Below, one piece after another: positions 58,009 to 64,000 of a DNA stretch of 64,000 nucleotides. The notes below the pieces were generated by a model that had not been told where the DNA came from, searched no databases, and was given only the letters and a program-made list of their open reading frames with translations. The DNA lies in NCBI GenBank assembly GCA_964421565.1, contig CAYQXJ010000003.1, positions 82,465 through 146,464 on the forward strand, read 5' to 3'. Position 1 is the stretch's first letter. The number at the start of each line of letters is the position of its first letter. This stretch comes from an uncultured candidatus Brocadiaceae bacterium. Lineage in GTDB: Bacteria; Planctomycetota; Brocadiia; SM23-32. The translations under genes and the position numbers were made by a program.

Positions 58009-61000
58009 TCAAATGTTGCGTTCGAGCGATGTGGCCAGCGCGTAGAAGTAACCCTCACTGCAGAAGCTGACGGTCCTGAGTGCAGCGCGGTCGGCCTTCA
58101 GGGCACAGACGAGGCGCCCCGCGTCGAGCGACGCCCCTTCGGCCCTCAGCTCTCCCATGGTATGGGCGGCAGGGCCGAGCACCTTCAGCGCGGCCTCTTT
58201 CGCGACCCACAGGTGCATCATGGCCACGGATTCGTCGCCGTCCAACGACTGCTGCAACAGGCGGACCTCCTGCTGTGTGCAGAAACGCTCGCGCAGGCGA
58301 GCTATGTCCGGGGCGGCTCTCTCCACGTCGATGCCCACCGCTCGCAATGCACATGCGCAGGCCACCGCCCTCTCGGCGCTGTGGGCGATGGAAACGAAGG
58401 GCGCTTCGCCCTCCGCGGGCACCACGGGCTCGGGCGCGCCGTCGGCCCCCCGCAGGACGGCGACATCCCGCACGGGGAAGCGGTAATCGGCGAGCGAACG
58501 GATCGCCTCCTTCGCGGCGATACGGCCGGCCAGCCACTCCGATCGCCGCTTCGGGTGGTCCATCTGTGCCAGTTCGGCCGCTTCCTCCCCGCTCAGCCAG
58601 TGTCCCACGGCCTCGTCGACCGCCTCGCCCTCCGCGCGCCAGGCGGGCAGCACCTGCACCTCAGCGAGGGTGAGCCTGCCGTTCAGGCCGAGGACGCCGG
58701 CAAGCTCAGCCCGCTGCGGATGGTCGCGCAGCTCTCGGAAGATGGGATCATCGAGGGGTTCGAAACCGTCGTCGTATCCTCTCGTGCTGATCGCCCCCCG
58801 GATCCGCTCGCGCACCCGGCCGTCGGTGCCGATGCCCTCGATGTAGTTGGTCAGCCGGCGCCCGTCCCGGCCAGTCATCCTGGTGCGGCACTGCCTAGTC
58901 ACCGTGTCCTCCTCGCCCGAGAAGAACTCGATGCTCCGCACGCCCTCCACATAGTGCGCGTCGCACCCATCATATACCAGATCCGGCAGCGTGGCCACGT
59001 ACAGCAGGCCGTCCAGCCGCACCAGGTCGCCGCAGACGGGTTGGCGCATCTCGTCGCACGGCCCGGGGACAGCGGCGACGCCGTTCGCACCGTCGCGCCG
59101 CGTCGAAGAGATGCTGTCTATATTGCGGAACAGTTCCCGCCGGCCGGACGCGGCGTCCGTTTCCCAGAGCCGTTGCACGGGCATCTCCGCCTCGCCCAGG
59201 GCATGTTTGATGCTGGGAAGCAGCGGCGGGGGCGGCGCTCCGCGCCTGCCAAACACGACGCTGCAGGTGGCGTGAACTACCTGCTCCGGCGCCTCTGCGC
59301 TGAGAGGCTTATAGAAGGTGTAGAGCTCCGCCTCGACCATATCATCGCGTCCCTCTGCCCGCAGCGCGCGCGTCATAACCTTGCGCGGCTCGCCCCGGGG
59401 GAAGCGCACGGGGCGCAGGAAGCGCACCTCGCGCACTTCCCGCACTTCGAGCGCCGCATCGGCGAGGGCCGACGCCGTCTGGGCCATCATCTCTACCAGG
59501 ACCACCCCCGGCAGCACGGGCTCGGCCATCACAATGTGCTCCGCCGCGCACCGGTCGCGCGCGGGGTCGAACAGGCGGCTGCCGTGAGCCGCGCCGCGTA
59601 CGTCCACGCTCAGCGAGTCGAGCATGGAATGTCCGGGACCAGCGCCCGCCAGCATAACGCCGAAAGACTCCATGCCGCGGAAGGCGGTGGTCACGGCGTG
59701 ATCGCCCTGAAGCTCCGCCAGGAAGTAGTCCGTGCCGTCGGCCTCGGCGACGAACGCCCCGCCCGAGGCACGCACGCGCTCGATCGTCTCGCCCAGCCTC
59801 GTCATCCCCACTTTAAGCCATGGACCGTAGAGCAGGTTCAACCACCGTCCGGGACGCCGCCCCCTGGCGGCGGCGACCAGAAGCGAGGCAATCACGTGGC
59901 CGGTAGAGTACGGCGCCATACCCATATATCCCCAGCGGCCGACGACGCTGGAGACGTTGGCGAAGACGGGAAGGTCGCGCCCCTCCAGGGCGGCCAGCAG
60001 GTTTGCGGTGCCGAGGGCCTTCGGCCGCAGGCCGGCCAGGAACTGCTCCGGCTCAAGGTCCTCCACCGACTTCTCCACCAGGGCACCGGCTCCGTTGATC
60101 ACCAGGTCCAGCCGCCCGTATTGCTCGTAGATATCGCGGATGAGCTGGCGGGTGAGTTCGCCGTCGGCCACGTCGCAGCGGCGGTAAGTCACCTCGGCGG
60201 CCTGTCCGCGAAGCGCGGCCAGGTTGCGCCGTCGTTCGTCCGCCCACACGCGCGACCACGCCTCGCGGTTCATGCGAACCGGCACGGTGGATTTGCCCTC
60301 CGCCTGCCATTCTTCCAGAACGCTCTGTCGGGCTGCCTCGAAGGTAATGGGCGGATCGGCTGTCGGCTCCGACTCGTCCACGGCGCTGCGGCCCACGATG
60401 ACGAACCGCGCGCCCGTGTGCCCGGCAAGGGCCGCGCACATGCGGGCCGTGATGCCGCGCGCCCCGCCGACAGCGAGCACCACTGCCTCCGGTCCGAGGG
60501 GTGGCGCCGAGCGCAGGCGCGAGTCAGCGACGTGCCAGCGTATCTCGCAGCGTTCGCCGCCCGGGTAACCGATCTCCGGGTGGCCGGCCGGCGCGCTCAA
60601 CTCGTCGGCGACTATCTCCGCGACCCGGCTGAGTTCCGCGTCCGGTTCCAGGTCGACGTAGAGCATGTCGAAGAGGTCGGGATGATCCGCGAAGAGGCAA
60701 CGCGTGAGGGCAAGCGTGATGCCCGCCGGCGACGATCCCTGCGGGGCTTCCCCCGCGCCGAGGTCGCCCCCCAGCGGGCTGACTACGAGCCAACGGCAGC
60801 GGCGCTCGCGCCCCTGCATCGCCTTGACCATTCGCTGCACCACGCCCAGCGAGGCGGCGGCATGGGACTCTACCTCGGCCCACCAGGCCGCGACGTTCAC
60901 CGGGGCGGCCACGGAGTCGAGCGGCCAGCATGTCAGGTCCACGACGACGTCGGCCTCCACGGCAAGTGGCGCGGCATCTTCGGCGAGGTCCAGCCGGCTG

Positions 61001-64000
61001 ACCGACGCACCGAGCGCCTGAAGCCGATCAGAGACCACCTGCGTGCGGGCATCGCCCCGCTGCAGCAGCATCACGCGCTGCCCCTGCAGCATGCTGCCCG
61101 CCGCCTTCTGCAGCGGCGCCGGCCGCAGCTCGCAGACGAGCCGGTGGCAGTCGGTATTCCATTCGGCGCTGTCGGACTGCTGCGCCGCTTCCCGCTCCCT
61201 CGGCGTCGCTTCGCCGCCGGTCAGCTCTGCGAAGACGCCGATGACGCCGCGCACGGTGCTCAGATCATGCCGGGCGGCCACGTCGCCCCGGCCGCGCAGC
61301 CGCACGCCGTAGCGCTGCTCCAGTTCGTCCAGAATCTCCGTCCGCTTGATGGAATCGAGCCCGAGCTCCGCTTCCAGGTCGAGGTCCGGGTCGATCACCT
61401 CGGTCGGATAGCCCGTGCGGCGGGAGAAGACCTCGACGATCTCATCGCGCAGGTTGTCGTCCTCCGGTCTTGGGGCCGGCGCACCGGCGTAGTGCTCGAA
61501 GTCGAGTCGCACCATGCTGTGCAACATGGCCCTCAGGAATCCCTCGCGCTCGGAGAGGTAGCGCTCGACCGTTTCCGGCTCGGCCCCTTCGAGCGCCTGG
61601 CCGAACGTGTCGGCAGGCGCGGAGGCGGGGCTCGGCTCTGCCGGGGGCGACGGCAGCCTGGCTTCGGTGCGGCGTTCGGAGCGCACCAGCGGGCGCTGCC
61701 AGCCGGGCAAAACGGCGGGCAGGTCCACCTGTAGCCCTCGCGCGTGGCAATAACCGAGCGTGTGGAGCAACTGCAGGGGCGGCGCGACGGCCCGCAGGTT
61801 AGTGGGGAAGGTCCAGTGCTCCAGTTCCGCCAGCGTGCTGTCGGCAAAGGAGCTGAGCACGGAGCCGGGGCCGACCTCCAGGAACAGCCGCGCGCCGCGC
61901 TTATAGAGATCACGGATGTTCGACTCGAACTCCACCGGGCTGACCAGGTGTTCGGCGAGGGCGTCGCGGACCGTCTCGGCGAAGCGATCATCATGCGAAG
62001 GATAGGCCGTGCCGCTGAGGTTGCATTCGACCGCTATGCGGGGCGGTCGCAGCGGCAGGTGCTCGAGCGCCCGGCGGAAGGGAGTCACGCACGGCGCCAT
62101 CATGGCCGTGTGGAACGCGCTGGATACGGGCAGCGGGCTGCAGCGAAACCCCTGCCGCTCGAACGCTGCAAGCGCCGCCCGCACGGCATCCGGTTCACCG
62201 CTGATCACGCTCTGCGCCGGGCAGTTCTTATTCGCCAGCACCACCAGCCCGTCCACTTCGTCCAGCACGGGCTGCACGGCCTGAGCCGGGGCCCCGACCG
62301 CCGCCATCGCGCCCGAGCCGAAGCATGCCTTCTGGGCTTGCGCCCCTCGCTGGCAGATCGTGGCGGAGGCCCACTTCAGGTCAAATACCCCGCCCGCGTG
62401 CAGGGCGCCGTACTCCCCCACGCTGTGGCCGGCCGCCATGTCGGGGTGCACCCCCGCCCGACGCAGAAATGCGCCTATGGCAGCCCACATCGCCAGCAGG
62501 GCCGGGTGATTGTAATCAGTCCTTACCAGCATCTCTGCCAGTTGTTCGCGGCGTTCTTCGCCAACCCCGTCCGCTGCCAGCAAGGTCTCCAGCATGCCGT
62601 GCCCGGTCCAGCAGCGCGCCGTATCCTCCACGCCTTCGAACGTGGGGGCCAGGAAGGGGAACGCCGATGGCAGGCCGCGGGCCATCCCGACATACTGCGT
62701 GCCCTGACCGGGATACAGGAAGGCGACCGCCCCTCGCTCCAGCGGGCGGCAGCCGTAGTAGAGCCCCGATGCCTGCGTGAACTCGCCGCGTTCGTCTTCC
62801 GCAAGCGCGCGCGCGGCCATGCGCAACTTCTGCCGCAAGTCCTCGCCGTCGGCGGCGACGATTGCGAGGGAATGCTGACCCTCGCCACAGCGCTCGTACG
62901 CCTGCTGCGCTCCGTGTTCGAACGACTGCAGGCTGCCGTCGGCCTCCGATTCGAATGCCGCCACGGCCCGCCGCAAGCCGTCCCGGTCCTGTTCCCTGAA
63001 CAGGAACAACCGGGCGGGCAGCGCCTGCGCAGGCTTCGCCGTCGCGTCTACGTTGGGCGGCTGCTCGAGCACCACGTGGAAGTTGACCCCACCGAAACCG
63101 AAGGCGTTGACCGCCCCCCGGCGCGGGCGCCCGTCGCTCTGCCATTCGCGCGGTTCGGTGTTCAGGCGGAAGGGCGAAGAGCCCCAGTCGTAGTCGCTGC
63201 GGGGACGCTCGCAGTTCATGGTGGGCGGCAGCACACGATGGTGCAGGGCCATGGCGACCTTGATGAGCCCGGCGACGCCGGCGGCGGTCTTCATGTGGCC
63301 GACCATTGACTTCACGGAGCCGAGCGCGATGGAGCCCGGATCCTCAACGTGCGGACCGAACACTTCCGTCAGGGACGCCAGCTCGGTCGGGTCGCCTGTC
63401 TGCGTGGCGGTGCCATGCGCTTCCACCAGGTCGATATCGGCGGGGCTGAACGTCGCGTCGAGGTAGGCCCGCCGCATGGCGGCCACCTGGCCGGGCACAT
63501 GCGGGGCGGTAACGCTCCTGGCCGAGCCGTCGCTGGAGCTGCCGATGGCCCGGATGATGGCGTAGATGCGGTCACCGTCGCGCAGGGCGTCGGCATAGCG
63601 TTTCAAGGCCACCATGCCCATGCCCTCGGCCATCACGAACCCGTCGGCGCGGTCGTCGAAGGGGAAGGAGCCGGTATCGGAAAGCACGCCGAGGCTGGAG
63701 AACATGACGTAGGAGGTCGGGTCCATGCGGGCCTCGATACCGCCGGCGAGCACGAGGTCAAACTCCCCGCTGCGCAGGCCGCGCACGGCAGCGTTGACGG
63801 CCGCCAGGGACGAGGCGCAGGCGCCGTCGAGTGTGTAGCTGACCCCCCCGAGGTTGAACTGGTTGCATATGCGGCCGGCGAACACGCTGCCCAGCGTTCC
63901 CGCGCAGGAGTCCTCCGTTATTTCCGGTTTATCCTCGGCGATGGCTCGGGCGGCCTGCTCAGCCAGGGCGTCCCTCGCCTCCGGGGGCAACTGCTGAAAG
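58009..64000 (-). CDS. Type I polyketide synthase, KS-AT-ACP-KR-DH-PPTase (enediyne-PKSE-like architecture); 5' end outside the window
   Basis: KS DGACASSL (Cys 63819..63817), EAHGTATQTGD, GHMKTAAG. AT GQGTQY / GHSVGE (Ser 62424..62422). ACP LGLDSIKR (Ser 61353..61351). KR VGGARGIT. DH HIVMAEPVLPG. PPTase KRRSEWLAGRIAAKEA, VGIDVE, WVAKEAALK. The track start at 63990 is TTG, the frame is still open at 64000, and the KS Cys is only 58 codons in, so about 150 N-terminal codons are missing. Confidence 0.9.
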   Translation of the reverse strand, partial: FQQLPPEARDALAEQAARAIAEDKPEITEDSCAGTLGSVFAGRICNQFNLGGVSYTLDGACASSLAAVNAAVRGLRSGEFDLVLAGGIEARMDPTSYVMFSSLGVLSDTGSFPFDDRADGFVMAEGMGMVALKRYADALRDGDRIYAIIRAIGSSSDGSARSVTAPHVPGQVAAMRRAYLDATFSPADIDLVEAHGTATQTGDPTELASLTEVFGPHVEDPGSIALGSVKSMVGHMKTAAGVAGLIKVAMALHHRVLPPTMNCERPRSDYDWGSSPFRLNTEPREWQSDGRPRRGAVNAFGFGGVNFHVVLEQPPNVDATAKPAQALPARLFLFREQDRDGLRRAVAAFESEADGSLQSFEHGAQQAYERCGEGQHSLAIVAADGEDLRQKLRMAARALAEDERGEFTQASGLYYGCRPLERGAVAFLYPGQGTQYVGMARGLPSAFPFLAPTFEGVEDTARCWTGHGMLETLLAADGVGEERREQLAEMLVRTDYNHPALLAMWAAIGAFLRRAGVHPDMAAGHSVGEYGALHAGGVFDLKWASATICQRGAQAQKACFGSGAMAAVGAPAQAVQPVLDEVDGLVVLANKNCPAQSVISGEPDAVRAALAAFERQGFRCSPLPVSSAFHTAMMAPCVTPFRRALEHLPLRPPRIAVECNLSGTAYPSHDDRFAETVRDALAEHLVSPVEFESNIRDLYKRGARLFLEVGPGSVLSSFADSTLAELEHWTFPTNLRAVAPPLQLLHTLGYCHARGLQVDLPAVLPGWQRPLVRSERRTEARLPSPPAEPSPASAPADTFGQALEGAEPETVERYLSEREGFLRAMLHSMVRLDFEHYAGAPAPRPEDDNLRDEIVEVFSRRTGYPTEVIDPDLDLEAELGLDSIKRTEILDELEQRYGVRLRGRGDVAARHDLSTVRGVIGVFAELTGGEATPREREAAQQSDSAEWNTDCHRLVCELRPAPLQKAAGSMLQGQRVMLLQRGDARTQVVSDRLQALGASVSRLDLAEDAAPLAVEADVVVDLTCWPLDSVAAPVNVAAWWAEVESHAAASLGVVQRMVKAMQGRERRCRWLVVSPLGGDLGAGEAPQGSSPAGITLALTRCLFADHPDLFDMLYVDLEPDAELSRVAEIVADELSAPAGHPEIGYPGGERCEIRWHVADSRLRSAPPLGPEAVVLAVGGARGITARMCAALAGHTGARFVIVGRSAVDESEPTADPPITFEAARQSVLEEWQAEGKSTVPVRMNREAWSRVWADERRRNLAALRGQAAEVTYRRCDVADGELTRQLIRDIYEQYGRLDLVINGAGALVEKSVEDLEPEQFLAGLRPKALGTANLLAALEGRDLPVFANVSSVVGRWGYMGMAPYSTGHVIASLLVAAARGRRPGRWLNLLYGPWLKVGMTRLGETIERVRASGGAFVAEADGTDYFLAELQGDHAVTTAFRGMESFGVMLAGAGPGHSMLDSLSVDVRGAAHGSRLFDPARDRCAAEHIVMAEPVLPGVVLVEMMAQTASALADAALEVREVREVRFLRPVRFPRGEPRKVMTRALRAEGRDDMVEAELYTFYKPLSAEAPEQVVHATCSVVFGRRGAPPPPLLPSIKHALGEAEMPVQRLWETDAASGRRELFRNIDSISSTRRDGANGVAAVPGPCDEMRQPVCGDLVRLDGLLYVATLPDLVYDGCDAHYVEGVRSIEFFSGEEDTVTRQCRTRMTGRDGRRLTNYIEGIGTDGRVRERIRGAISTRGYDDGFEPLDDPIFRELRDHPQRAELAGVLGLNGRLTLAEVQVLPAWRAEGEAVDEAVGHWLSGEEAAELAQMDHPKRRSEWLAGRIAAKEAIRSLADYRFPVRDVAVLRGADGAPEPVVPAEGEAPFVSIAHSAERAVACACALRAVGIDVERAAPDIARLRERFCTQQEVRLLQQSLDGDESVAMMHLWVAKEAALKVLGPAAHTMGELRAEGASLDAGRLVCALKADRAALRTVSFCSEGYFYALATSLERNI

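Noticed and set aside
57613-61734. 1,373-codon plus-strand ORF, together with similar long ORFs at 1951-3042(-), 14015-15817(-), 17008-19185(-), 22713-24713(-), 33994-36594(+), 49332-50969(-), 53380-54582(-) and 53631-55154(+)
   Set aside because: All lie antisense to, or out of frame with, genes that have strong motif support (PKS, HD-GYP, PpsA, PolX, GH15-like, kinase, Tat protein, membrane protein). Their translations are Arg/Pro/Gly/His-rich low-complexity strings, typical of shadow ORFs in high-GC DNA.

Overview
High-GC (~65%) bacterial chromosomal segment. Gene content (Tat-signal sulfatase, tandem GH130 genes, a PEP-CTERM-like remnant, many PAS/HD-GYP signalling genes) suggests a PVC-like or similar environmental lineage, but taxonomy cannot be settled here. 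All family calls rest on motifs read by eye and recollection of families; no searches were run.

Layout:
- 1-1830: a TPR/GT4/sulfatase-like fusion gene running off the left edge, absent from the ORF track.
- 2.1-3.8 kb: an HD-GYP protein.
- 3.9-7.4 kb: a nikKMLQO-type Ni/Co ECF transporter operon.
- 7.4-9.6 kb: a 719-aa GreA-domain fusion.
- 9.7-12.8 kb: two tandem GH130 genes and a Tat-exported DUF362 protein.
- 13.5-26.3 kb: a long co-directional array of PRTase, PpsA, dienelactone hydrolase, PNPOx-like, then PolX, LigA, family-4 UDG, DUF72, then a GH15-like protein and a GT4.
- 26.4-27.6 kb: two thioredoxin-fold genes.
- 29-36.8 kb: a signalling block with an HD-GYP, a hybrid kinase, a receiver, and a NarL-type regulator/PAS kinase pair.
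- 37.2-39.1 kb: two sugar-metabolism genes.
- ~39.1-45.7 kb: a decayed accessory island. It holds a divergent orphan 5S-rRNA-like element, a restriction gene killed by an in-frame TAG beside an intact SPPY methyltransferase, a transposase C-terminal remnant provisionally assigned to IS66, and a repeated small-ORF motif.
- 45.7-55.1 kb: an esterase, an SPL-family radical SAM gene, IS/PEP-CTERM scars, a Tat protein, a sulfatase and a membrane protein.
- 55.1-64.0 kb: the most interesting locus. An adenylation-carrier-thioesterase (A-T-TE) enzyme, a free carrier protein and a >1,993-codon KS-AT-ACP-KR-DH-PPTase PKS (enediyne-PKSE-like architecture) that runs off the right edge.

Several genes carry nonsense or frameshift lesions. 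This is either real decay or assembly error.
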